From positions 1 to 64,000 of the IMG/VR virus record IMGVR_UViG_3300005805_000055: a DNA stretch of 64,000 nt; one strand, 5' to 3'. How positions within the stretch are numbered: the stretch's first letter is position 1; every line of letters begins with the position of its first letter. Under the pieces are notes generated by a model. That model was not told the origin of the DNA and did no database searches. It worked only from the letters and a program-made list of their open reading frames with translations. This document shows, piece by piece, positions 28,501 to 37,569 of the stretch. The translations under genes and the position numbers were made by a program. The DNA is from a virus.

Positions 28501-28996
28501 CATTCCCTACCGACATTAAAGAAACAATTGCCGAAGACTCTTTTTTATTTTTACCAGCTATTTTGATTCCAGTAATAAGCGAATATTCGGGGAATGATGA
28601 TAGTCCAGAAATTGTTGCTATTTCTACGCCATTTAGATCTTTTCGTCTTGCATCTGCTATCCCCATTCTGGAATAAGCCTCAAGTATTTTTGTAATTAGC
28701 TCAGGTTGATCGATATTAGATATATCAAGATGTGAATTTATGCGCCTACCGTCAATAATCACAGGAAGTTCGAAATCGATAATTCCATCTTTAATTATTT
28801 CTGGTTCGTTTATAGTTGCATCCCCATCCGTAATGGCCGAACTAGACGAAACAACTCCAGCAGATGGTGAAATGGCACCAATAAATACCGGTCGCTCCCA
28901 TGGAGTAGAATCCTGAATAATTCCATCCCCGTCGCCATCTTCTGCATTTGGGTCATACCGCAAATTTGTAATCCTTGCCATAATTACTTCCTCCAT
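25505..28996 (-). CDS. Polyvalent protein B (1163 aa): DxDGDG motif, zincin, ART-like domain, DUF7178-like helical domain; 2 GSKS[ST]T sites
   Basis: HEIGH...VTDYA...EDFAESF; MFRS...VSFS...KEAVI; WY...AALSP...KVRSFY.N...VTIDTWM...LQAFLW. Confidence 0.8.
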   Translation of the reverse strand: MEEVIMARITNLRYDPNAEDGDGDGIIQDSTPWERPVFIGAISPSAGVVSSSSAITDGDATINEPEIIKDGIIDFELPVIIDGRRINSHLDISNIDQPELITKILEAYSRMGIADARRKDLNGVEIATISGLSSFPEYSLITGIKIAGKNKKESSAIVSLMSVGNGESASVFITHIPNDLAQSVLAVGKKRKSLIEKARGISERKLDTVDSRMAFDHTAMPGYKTSFADLVQQVMSLNFPRHSIPLAISFIDDLHENDENTAATAISLARSIAFWNNPDAAKIHTRLHVLGHEIGHLVDVIPSGYESSYEQWRSLLGQDKIPTRFSLSDSYRKATMDDFLRNQARRINSSDIDQYLLNTVTPESTRVTDYADSIGNQIIGMQEDFAESFGLFMLSEMMGILGRRKTGDNGTYTFGDLFPSRDKFFRDLLFSFGISNLKNPSGSKSTTKPHFIPPRINISTPEFPTLKHGKWMTSSPIIGPQRMSPVPFIDQQTFNMSLEAMKFLRKYPSLNGRAVRWMMGDLTKLGTDQEMDDYEKPLNALDKILDIAPSIDVSTMFRSFDYWESFEPAKRLKAGQSVVLRAAPVSFSIGDALDNADRASGMLGNQRLNSPTKRIVFAIPKNARGVIYDDSATDMEQWLAGPKEAVIRGRFAISSIKEQNGITIATLKTIDETKNDNNPFFYFSTDGKITPSSSIIHNDSLSPAVLLGPNVISDSDVSDLGELQSDIQVAGKYLFEIEPAPLVVSNYKNNASKNVGISAQSTVIAAYQFSDFGDAISFGERVSPSGSKSSTRYSINERFLDDSLFIELNSSDKKDIEARRKMLEKLNKLGLDYDGLKAYARQVLLDQLSKSGQKKFKRDMKDALRWYPRVRKGLISLTKELNELESMRGRRKFAKEEIFAMMAALSPMERVASNVKRVNVIASVLARDESFQITIPSGGIKGLPKDVMSWIRNKANMDFTPSSFIDRFVKDFGDDSLGIAHAALARIHPVLFASKGPAGITNVIKAMMIANRVDSIDNILRGMKVRSFYLNFVNPAGQNVTIDTWMYRAMIPEDKIFSVNIKGKTYTGTLRQLETDLKDDFSAQSLFQSGDIQGIKSVGVYPIFAQVIRELADEFGGDFPDLGKITPAGLQAFLWEVGRTTWKTENKVPPTEWDKVEKWFSLN

Positions 28997-31900
28997 TTCT
29001 GGAGTGGGCCATGGTAATTATTGGAACTAGTCGCAATATTTACCTGATCATCGAGACCTGCAGTTATGGATGATAAAAATCTACCCAAATTGTCAATGCC
29101 TGATATGTATTTGTGCTCATCGCCAGAGAAGTTGCGCATTGGATCAAGTCCACCAATTGAGTAAAACATTATTGGCACATCGCCATTTACAAGTATAGTT
29201 CGTATTGCGCTAATCTGTGCTGCATTAAGTTTACGCGTTCCGGTATCGACAATCAAACTATGTGCTGGACGTCGCGAAGACCCCCAGTCATATCCTAAAT
29301 CTATACGCACAAGTCCGGAATCCATTGCATCTATAAAGAATGAATCATAATAATTACTCAAAACTAACTCTTCATCTTCCGGTATGGCTAATTCAATATG
29401 CATCTGAACGGGAAGTAGTGTCCCGTCTGGGTAAAGCCATGCTTTTGTAGATTTAGGCATTGAGTCAACATATTCCGTGGCAGTAATTCTTTTGCCACTG
29501 CGTAATGAATCCGTATATGCGGTTGAAGATTTTGAACCCTGAATTCTGTCTTGACCATCGACTGCTCTTGGATTTTCCGGATATCCAAATAATTCAGGCG
29601 GGATATCTAGCCACAATGGGATATTGAGTGGCTCAGCAAGATTTTCTGGGTCATCACGTCCTTTGTCAAAACGTGATACTGGTGGTGTTCCTGGTCGATG
29701 CCTAAACTGTCTTTCCTGGATCCTATTGAAATGATTGCTCAATATCCATCCGCCGGGCGAATAGTTGTGCAACATCCATATTCCATAGTTTGCGGCAAAG
29801 TCTCCATGACGAGTAGCACCCATGCCCATCATTATGTGCCCGACCTCATGCTCCCAACCACCAGGTGTTGTGGCGGGATCTAGCCATCTGAATACCTCAT
29901 CTACATGGGGGGAACCGAATGCTTCGACCAGACCCGGAACTATGTTCATAGCTATACCTTTAATAACTGAGCCATTTTCCATATTATCGAATAAAGCATC
30001 AAATAATATTTGATCCCTTTCGACCTCTTCGGCAAAGTTGGTTATCTCAATATCCAAAACTTCAACAGCATCACGTTTATCTATAAATTGATTATAAATT
30101 CGAACAAAGTCTTCAAGCATTTTGTATGATCTATCTATTGCGTCTTTGGAATTTTTGAGTGTTTCTTTAACAAACTCAGATCCTTCTGCATTACCGAAAG
30201 TAAATATTTCGTCAATATCTTGCGATATCATTCTACGAATCGGAGTACTGCTGTCATCTATTGGCAGACCTTCAATTATTTCTTCTGGATAGTCTTGAAA
30301 TCTTTCATAATTATATGCGTCAATAAACTTTTTCAGTAAAAGAGTAAATGAACCATCCCCATATGGATCCAAAAATACCCTGGTCAAATTATTCTCATTG
30401 AGGCCAATTCTCTGACCTTCGTATGGCAGGATGCCATCGTCATAGAATTCATCTGTGTCACCCCAATCAGGTTCTAGGTCCCATGATTGTAGACTTTCTG
30501 CATCATTGATAGAGAAGATGAGATCTCCATTTGAGTCAAAAAAAGATATTATAGCTTTTCCGAAATCATTACGTTCAATTACGTATTCCCACCCATCGAG
30601 CAGTCTGTCCATTTTTGCCCGCTGTGTTTGGACATACTCATTGAGTTTTATCCGTTGCTCTGGTGATATGTATTCTATTTGTTTTAAGAATTTTATGTCG
30701 TCACTACTTATTCCCAGTGGTTCAACCAATTCTTTAATGTAGCCGTAGCTAAGCACCGGGATTCCGGGATGATTTATGCTGTCACGTATCTCCATGTCGC
30801 GCAAAATCCTTAGCGCAAGAGCTTTTTGCTCTGGCCAGAGTCCGGCAACTGGGTCTGGGGAGATATTAAGCTTCAGCATTCTTGGCATAGATTTTACATA
30901 TAAGGCCATATCCCTAATTGGCAACGACTTTACGGGTGGATTGATTGTTGACGATTTTGAACCGCCGGTAAAGTCACCTAGATGTACTGTATCAACAACT
31001 GATACTGACTCTGGATCAGCCAATACTTCGCTCTCACCACGACGTGTCAAGAATGCATGAATTTCATCTTTCTTGACTTTTGCAGTCGTTACATAGGGTG
31101 TCGAACCTTCGATTTTGGCAAATCGGTCAGCAAACCATGATGCAATATTTGGATCCGTAGTCCATGACCATCCGTCATCACGTTCCTCAGTGTGTCCCTG
31201 ATAGATTGTCACTATGTCTGGTAGCGAATCATATTCAATGCGCTCATCATCTCTCATCATTGAGAGCCGACCAGGGCGTGGGGATGCCAGGAGTTCATCC
31301 CAGTAATCGCGCATTTCAGGAATGTTTTCTGAATCTGTCCAGATGTCAGCCAGGAGTGACCAGAACTCATCATCTGTCAACTCATCCTGGATTTCCATAA
31401 ATGCATCAAGTCGGTATGGCCTCTCGTGCAAGAATATAAAGGAATCCCAGTCTTTATTTGACCGAGCAGAATTTGCTGCGGCTTGCTTGGCGCGTACTTG
31501 TTCGTTGTATCGGCCATTCATTGTCGGTATATAAATACCATGAACGAACTTATGTCTTATGAAAGAGAAGCCGGTTCCATCGCCACTCACTGCCGAACTT
31601 AATTCCGGAATCAGATCTTCGTCAGAGCCGGTAATAAAACTAGAAAAACGCTTTTTGAGATCATCTGATAGATCATTCCAATCAAATGGTTCATTTGGTT
31701 TATTAGTGGAAGACTTGGATCCAGTCCTTCCTGGTGGTAATCCCCAAATTTCGTCAGGCAGTTCAGCCCAGAGTGGAACGCGAATGATCGGAAGTCGTTC
31801 GCGACGATTTCTATTAACTACATTTCCTGGAATTCTAGCTTCAACATCAACTGGTTCATCTAGTTGCCACTCTGGGATAATCATCGACTGGAATGAATTG

Positions 31901-34900
31901 CGGTCATTGAGGGCAAAGTGTGCAGGTCCATCGCCACCAAGAGCTAGGAATGTCGCATAGTTTGATGCGTAATCGCCATGTCGATCTATGCCGAGCCCAA
32001 GGACCATATGGCCCAATTCATGCATAAATCCATCTCCCGACATTTCCTCCATACCGTCACCGAGGACATATTGAAGTCTGTCAGTATAAAACTTTAGTAG
32101 TTCTTCTATCCTCTGAGGCGAGACATTTTGATTCATGGCCCAGATGGCATCTCTCAAATTATCATTATTAAATTCAATATTGTCAAAAATACGTAGACCA
32201 ACCGAACTTCGTAGAGAATCACGAAGCTTCATGGCAGCTGACTTTATTCTAAGACCTGAAGCAATGGACTCCGAAACTTTCAGGAATTGTTCCTTATACC
32301 AGCTGCCAGTTTTGTTATCAGAAAAATTGATAAAGTCATCAAGATCGGGCATAATGCCATCATTAATCATGTCCTGAAGCGATTTACCAGAAATATCCTG
32401 TTCTAAATATTGATTTACAATTTCTGGATTGATAAAAATACGAAAACATATTGCTTTCCAGGAGTCCATCATAGAAGAAAGAACATCTACTTTGTCTGAT
32501 TCATCCACAGATGTTCCGTAGAAATTTCTAGCGAATGACATCAATTGATATGAAGGTTCTGATGGTAGGTCATCCACGAATTTGAGGATTGGTTTGCCTT
32601 TGCGGTCGACCAACTCAACCCCCGTGGAGAACAGTCGTCCCACTTGTGACGAACCATCGAACCTTACATTTATATACGATACTACTGGATTGTCGTCAAA
32701 GTTAAGCTGCTTGCCAGTTGTCTGAACTAGTTTTGGCAATTTTACTTTTTTGCCATCACGCATAAATGATGTACCAAATACCATTGAAGAGAAGTCTTGA
32801 AGCATCGACTCAACATATCGTGCAAGCTCAATTCGCTCATCTTTTGTTAAGTAAGCAACACTTTCAATTCTTTCAATATCAGCATTTGTTAGATTTAGCG
32901 CCCCCATTATTGGGCCAATTCTTGGCAATCGCATTAGTGGAACTTGAGAATTTCCATCAACCCATTCAACTAGTGTCTCTTTAATACTTCTCAAGATATA
33001 TGAGTTGGTGTCTGCAAGTGAATCACGCAAATCATCAATATTGTGAGTAGTTTGGGGAACTCTCTTTGTTGACGACTTGGAGCCAATCAAGCCGGATGGA
33101 GCGGGAATAGCTTCATCAACTATTTCAACAGGTGAGAGTTCTTGCTGCTCGTCATCGAGTTCTAGATATCGTGAATTTACGAATAGGGCATCAATAAGTT
33201 TTTGTGTATTCGAAATTGCTCTAAGCCTATTGCCACGACGTGACAGGTCATTCTTTCGGAACTCAAGATCATTCATGAAGGACTTAACCTCCATTGCTCG
33301 AGTCCACAGGAGAGTTGGATTAGACGACTCAAAGAGTGAACTATTTGTTTTTGCCCTATCCACAATGAAGTCAACCAATCTGGCAGGGCTATTGAATTCA
33401 GTAAACTCCAACAAATTAACTGTTGATTTATCCGGAAGCACAAATGTCTTTAGCGCTTCTATCTCTGAATTCAGAAGAGAATTAACTTTTGACCAATTTG
33501 CTACATCTTGATTATGGTCAATAAGGGCCCCATCTACCGCGTAGAGTCTATTAAGCCACTCCGAAGCGTTAAGTCCTCGATAATTTAAATTATATTTGCG
33601 TTCATTAATTACTTCTGCAAAAAAATCATATAGTGAGTCGAGTGATGTCCCATTAAACTCATCGAATGTATTCCTACCGCTTTTATTATCGATCTTTACG
33701 GTTGGCTGTCCAGAAAAATACTTAGGAAAGTGCCGTTGTGAGGAAAAGATCGCACCATCAAGATTTGTTTCATCATCACTTATTGCCTCTGATAAATCAG
33801 TTCCAGAAAAATCTACTCTGCGTGCATCAGACCCGCTGATATTGATGAAATGAGCGCTCTGTAAGTTTCTGAAATTTGATCCTCTTAGTATTGAACCGCT
33901 CACATCTAATGGCCCAGTGATATCTACATTGTCAAAAACTGAATCACGTAAATCATTACCACTAAGCATTACATTATTCATGCGGCTAAGGGTGAAATCA
34001 GAGCCACGCATAGATGAATTAGAAATAGATGTATCATCAATTTCTGACATCATGAAATATGAATTATCCATATTCATATTAGTGAAAGTGCTTTGCATTA
34101 TCGCTGAACTTATAAAGTTTCGATTCCTAATATCCGCCCCATCAACGTCGCCATTGGTTACCGCCAGGTGGCCATCAATGATTAGTCCATCAAATTGGAC
34201 AGAATCCTTATTCATTGTATCTATTATGCTGGGAAGAATTGGAGCCCTAGTTTGGCCATATCCCTTGCGTATCTGTGGTGTAATGGAAATTCCAGAAGGG
34301 AGTGTTGTTGACTCATCAATATTGGCATTTGCTAGCTGCGCTGCCGACACTATTGATCCCTGGAGATTGGCCCCACTCAGCTGGGCATTATCAAGATTAG
34401 CCATCATCAAATTTGCACCAGTAAAATTTGCACCCTTGAGATTTGCTGAAAATAAATTTGCTCCGCGCATTATGGAATTACTAAAGTCTGCTCCGGCGAA
34501 ATTGCCATTTGACATATCTGCATATCTAAGGTCAGTTTGCTTTCCTCTAATTCCATTTGCCTTGAGTGCTGGCAAATATGCATTTCTTAATGATGATGCC
34601 AGAAGTTTTGATCCCGAGATATCAGCACCCATGCCACTGACCTGCTGAAAGTTTGCGTAAGAAAAATCAATATCCGACATATCAATATCGTCGGCAATAT
34701 ATTGACCCATCATGTCAATCCCAACAGTATTGAGTTCAGCAAATACATCGCTATTCAGTTTGTTGTCTTTAGAAAATCCTCTTATGCGAGTATTTGTTGT
34801 TCCGTTTATCGATGTAATCTTGGAGACACGCTTCTTTGGTGTTCCCTTCATATTCGCCAATGCAGAAGTTTCGAGGGTTTTGCGTATTAGATCTGAGTCT

Positions 34901-37545
34901 TTGCCAAATATTGTATTAAATGCTCTACCGTCGCGAATTTTGAACATTCCGATTTCATCATGTCCTGCTATTAGTTTTGCCCCACGACTAGATGAGTTAT
35001 CCCAAATATTTAACTTGTCGAATAGCCCAGAAAGAATCTGTTGTTTTACATTATTTATGTAATTTTTGTTCGTTAGTCGCGCAAATGCTGCTCCAAGTAT
35101 TGGACCAGTCTGTTTCTCTCGTTCATTAATCCTTGCTTCTAGTTCTCTTTCTGGAACATAAAACATGTGTCCGATTCGTGAGTAGGAATTATCCGGTAGC
35201 AACTTCAATAAATTGCTTGTGTTACCATAGTCGTCTATCACAATATTCAGCGACTCATTGATTCCCGCCAATAGTGCCTTCTCCTGAGCATAACGTGCGG
35301 CAGCATGGATGCGAGCTGAACCAATCCCGTCATCGTATCCATTTAACTTTTCTTTAATTGGGTCAATCCCAATGTGCATAGATTGTGTTTTATCTGGAAC
35401 ATCAATTATTCCAGAAGAAATAGACGAGGATTTTCCACTACCACTTGGACCCATAACAAAATGCGCTGTTGGATTCTGAAGGTTTTTATACTCATCATCG
35501 ATGTCATCAATTATTGACTCGATCATTTTTTGACCGCCAGAACCAATAACTTTATTGGAATTTGAACCATTGATCCAGAAGGAACGTGCTGCATCATCTC
35601 TGAGCAATCTTGCTCGATTTAGCGTATCTGGGGATAGCTGCCCAATCATTTGTACAGGCAATTCATGCACGAGGCCAGGATTAGCTGAAACAACGTCTAA
35701 GAGTTGCTGGTCTTTTTTACTTAAAGTTGTGGATTTTGATCCACCAATAATTGCGCGTGAATCAATAAGATTTATGACGTTGGGTATATCACGCTCGCGA
35801 CCAGCCATATCAAGTAGTTCCGCAATTGTAATATCAAGTGTTTCTGCTGCGTGCCGTATCGCCGTGCCATCAACCCTGCCCTTCCCAAGTGGCGTGGATG
35901 GATCAAATAGTGCATCTATTGTTTCGGCAAAATATTCATCTCGACTAAATGTAGCATAATCAGAAATTTTACGTGCTGAGTTAAATTCATCACGACTTCC
36001 CCATATCGACTTATTTAGGTCACCTATATAGCGTCGTCTGAAACTTCGTTCAGCCCTACCGGCACGGCGCAAGCGTCTTGATTCGCGAAGAATGTCATCG
36101 GCAAAAAAATTAATACGACGATCAAGGAGTTTTTTGTTTCCAACCATTGCCATATCTGAGAATGCATGACCAAGCTCGTGTCTAATTATTGAAAGTTTTC
36201 GTGCATCAGTCATGTCCTTAAAGACATCGATCCCATTATTGGAAATCGCATCATCGTTAATCCCGATGAATCCACGAGAGTCATACATCCCACTAATAAG
36301 GCCCCACTTTCCACTCTTAAATAGTGGTCTATGAGGTATGTCTAGTGTTGGAATAATGACCGGCATTCCGAATTTGGTAATCAAATTTCGTATGCCACTT
36401 GGTTTCGTTGGGTCAGCAATAGATGAGAGCAGTAGTCTACGTAATTTTTTTGCTGATTCCCAATTTGGTTTAGAGCGCATTATTGCTGAAAAAACTGTAT
36501 CTGCATTCATTCGTGAATATGGGCTTGCCGCAATTGAATGCATCAATTCTTCTGGCGATATTGGTGTTGCAAGTGTGACTATTCTACCAATTGTCTTAGA
36601 GGAAAAATAATCTCCAGATTCGCTCAGATTCAACCTTGCACCGATACGCAGCTTTGCAAGCGTCGTCGCCCTACGCTCCTCCATGCTTCCAAGTGGCTTA
36701 CTGGTGCTATCTCTAGTCATGGAAACCGCAGATGCCTGTTGTTGTGGTGAAAGATTCGACACCTCGCCATTTGTTCCAACAACAGCAACTGGAATAATTG
36801 GACGACGCTTCATTATGTTATTGTCAAAAACTATTCCATCTCCATCACCGTCAAGCGCACCACTAATATCCTGAAATATTTGGTTTGGGCGACTTCTTGC
36901 CGATAGTGGTTCACCAATTTGCTTTATCTCAATTTCCGCATTTATTGTTTTGGAGTTAAGTTCTTGATTTGTTTTGGAGTTAAGTTCTTGATGTAGTGAA
37001 ACCTTTCTGGTTCGTTTCTGGACCTGGCGAATTTCATCACGAATAATTTTGCGTATTGCTTCGCGCTGGTGCCTCCTACCCAATGGCGTGGAACCTGTCA
37101 GGCGATTGAAGTCTGACATATTCGTACACGGCATCCACACGGTTTTCCCAGTTTTAGAAATTCTCCTACTTACGCCTATGCAGCCCAACTGTCTTGCACG
37201 TTGACGTGCTGACTCAATATCGGTAAATACATCGGGGTCATTATCTCGTGGCTGATATGTGATGTCGGCCTTCACGCTCATTCCAGATACAAGACCACCG
37301 CCAGCGAGAGTATCAATTGATACGATTCCATTTTCGCCAAGATTTTCCCACTGGCGTCGCAATTTATTTACACCACGTACTCGCCGTCCAGCCGAACGTG
37401 GCTTATCACCCATGAGCGAAGATAATTCCGTGGCTGACGAACATGGCTTCAATGCTCCAGAAGAATCAATATGCGCACCCGAGCAACCAAGTCGTTGTGC
37501 CTGACGCAATACTAATGCTCTGTCCTTGGCTGATGTTGTTCGCAT
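28984..37545 (-). CDS. Giant polyvalent protein C (2853 aa): two DUF3721-like motifs, DxDGDG motif, zincin, zeta-toxin-like P-loop kinase, pentapeptide repeats, two HExxH/RHG modules, ART-like domain; 5 GSKS[ST]T sites
   Basis: A..LGC.G...[KM]PC twice; HELGH...SDYA...EYFAE; MGPSGSGKSS; A[ND][LF]xx repeats; IYQG...WSWT...GESEV. Confidence 0.85.
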   Translation of the reverse strand: MRTTSAKDRALVLRQAQRLGCSGAHIDSSGALKPCSSATELSSLMGDKPRSAGRRVRGVNKLRRQWENLGENGIVSIDTLAGGGLVSGMSVKADITYQPRDNDPDVFTDIESARQRARQLGCIGVSRRISKTGKTVWMPCTNMSDFNRLTGSTPLGRRHQREAIRKIIRDEIRQVQKRTRKVSLHQELNSKTNQELNSKTINAEIEIKQIGEPLSARSRPNQIFQDISGALDGDGDGIVFDNNIMKRRPIIPVAVVGTNGEVSNLSPQQQASAVSMTRDSTSKPLGSMEERRATTLAKLRIGARLNLSESGDYFSSKTIGRIVTLATPISPEELMHSIAASPYSRMNADTVFSAIMRSKPNWESAKKLRRLLLSSIADPTKPSGIRNLITKFGMPVIIPTLDIPHRPLFKSGKWGLISGMYDSRGFIGINDDAISNNGIDVFKDMTDARKLSIIRHELGHAFSDMAMVGNKKLLDRRINFFADDILRESRRLRRAGRAERSFRRRYIGDLNKSIWGSRDEFNSARKISDYATFSRDEYFAETIDALFDPSTPLGKGRVDGTAIRHAAETLDITIAELLDMAGRERDIPNVINLIDSRAIIGGSKSTTLSKKDQQLLDVVSANPGLVHELPVQMIGQLSPDTLNRARLLRDDAARSFWINGSNSNKVIGSGGQKMIESIIDDIDDEYKNLQNPTAHFVMGPSGSGKSSSISSGIIDVPDKTQSMHIGIDPIKEKLNGYDDGIGSARIHAAARYAQEKALLAGINESLNIVIDDYGNTSNLLKLLPDNSYSRIGHMFYVPERELEARINEREKQTGPILGAAFARLTNKNYINNVKQQILSGLFDKLNIWDNSSSRGAKLIAGHDEIGMFKIRDGRAFNTIFGKDSDLIRKTLETSALANMKGTPKKRVSKITSINGTTNTRIRGFSKDNKLNSDVFAELNTVGIDMMGQYIADDIDMSDIDFSYANFQQVSGMGADISGSKLLASSLRNAYLPALKANGIRGKQTDLRYADMSNGNFAGADFSNSIMRGANLFSANLKGANFTGANLMMANLDNAQLSGANLQGSIVSAAQLANANIDESTTLPSGISITPQIRKGYGQTRAPILPSIIDTMNKDSVQFDGLIIDGHLAVTNGDVDGADIRNRNFISSAIMQSTFTNMNMDNSYFMMSEIDDTSISNSSMRGSDFTLSRMNNVMLSGNDLRDSVFDNVDITGPLDVSGSILRGSNFRNLQSAHFINISGSDARRVDFSGTDLSEAISDDETNLDGAIFSSQRHFPKYFSGQPTVKIDNKSGRNTFDEFNGTSLDSLYDFFAEVINERKYNLNYRGLNASEWLNRLYAVDGALIDHNQDVANWSKVNSLLNSEIEALKTFVLPDKSTVNLLEFTEFNSPARLVDFIVDRAKTNSSLFESSNPTLLWTRAMEVKSFMNDLEFRKNDLSRRGNRLRAISNTQKLIDALFVNSRYLELDDEQQELSPVEIVDEAIPAPSGLIGSKSSTKRVPQTTHNIDDLRDSLADTNSYILRSIKETLVEWVDGNSQVPLMRLPRIGPIMGALNLTNADIERIESVAYLTKDERIELARYVESMLQDFSSMVFGTSFMRDGKKVKLPKLVQTTGKQLNFDDNPVVSYINVRFDGSSQVGRLFSTGVELVDRKGKPILKFVDDLPSEPSYQLMSFARNFYGTSVDESDKVDVLSSMMDSWKAICFRIFINPEIVNQYLEQDISGKSLQDMINDGIMPDLDDFINFSDNKTGSWYKEQFLKVSESIASGLRIKSAAMKLRDSLRSSVGLRIFDNIEFNNDNLRDAIWAMNQNVSPQRIEELLKFYTDRLQYVLGDGMEEMSGDGFMHELGHMVLGLGIDRHGDYASNYATFLALGGDGPAHFALNDRNSFQSMIIPEWQLDEPVDVEARIPGNVVNRNRRERLPIIRVPLWAELPDEIWGLPPGRTGSKSSTNKPNEPFDWNDLSDDLKKRFSSFITGSDEDLIPELSSAVSGDGTGFSFIRHKFVHGIYIPTMNGRYNEQVRAKQAAANSARSNKDWDSFIFLHERPYRLDAFMEIQDELTDDEFWSLLADIWTDSENIPEMRDYWDELLASPRPGRLSMMRDDERIEYDSLPDIVTIYQGHTEERDDGWSWTTDPNIASWFADRFAKIEGSTPYVTTAKVKKDEIHAFLTRRGESEVLADPESVSVVDTVHLGDFTGGSKSSTINPPVKSLPIRDMALYVKSMPRMLKLNISPDPVAGLWPEQKALALRILRDMEIRDSINHPGIPVLSYGYIKELVEPLGISSDDIKFLKQIEYISPEQRIKLNEYVQTQRAKMDRLLDGWEYVIERNDFGKAIISFFDSNGDLIFSINDAESLQSWDLEPDWGDTDEFYDDGILPYEGQRIGLNENNLTRVFLDPYGDGSFTLLLKKFIDAYNYERFQDYPEEIIEGLPIDDSSTPIRRMISQDIDEIFTFGNAEGSEFVKETLKNSKDAIDRSYKMLEDFVRIYNQFIDKRDAVEVLDIEITNFAEEVERDQILFDALFDNMENGSVIKGIAMNIVPGLVEAFGSPHVDEVFRWLDPATTPGGWEHEVGHIMMGMGATRHGDFAANYGIWMLHNYSPGGWILSNHFNRIQERQFRHRPGTPPVSRFDKGRDDPENLAEPLNIPLWLDIPPELFGYPENPRAVDGQDRIQGSKSSTAYTDSLRSGKRITATEYVDSMPKSTKAWLYPDGTLLPVQMHIELAIPEDEELVLSNYYDSFFIDAMDSGLVRIDLGYDWGSSRRPAHSLIVDTGTRKLNAAQISAIRTILVNGDVPIMFYSIGGLDPMRNFSGDEHKYISGIDNLGRFLSSITAGLDDQVNIATSSNNYHGPLQKWRK
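36945..36992. repeat. Exact 24-bp tandem duplication inside polyprotein C
   Basis: TTGTTTTGGAGTTAAGTTCTTGAT twice, giving QELNSKT-N-QELNSKT. Confidence 0.9.
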
Positions 37546-37569
37546 ATTGACCGATATTCGGATTGCTGT

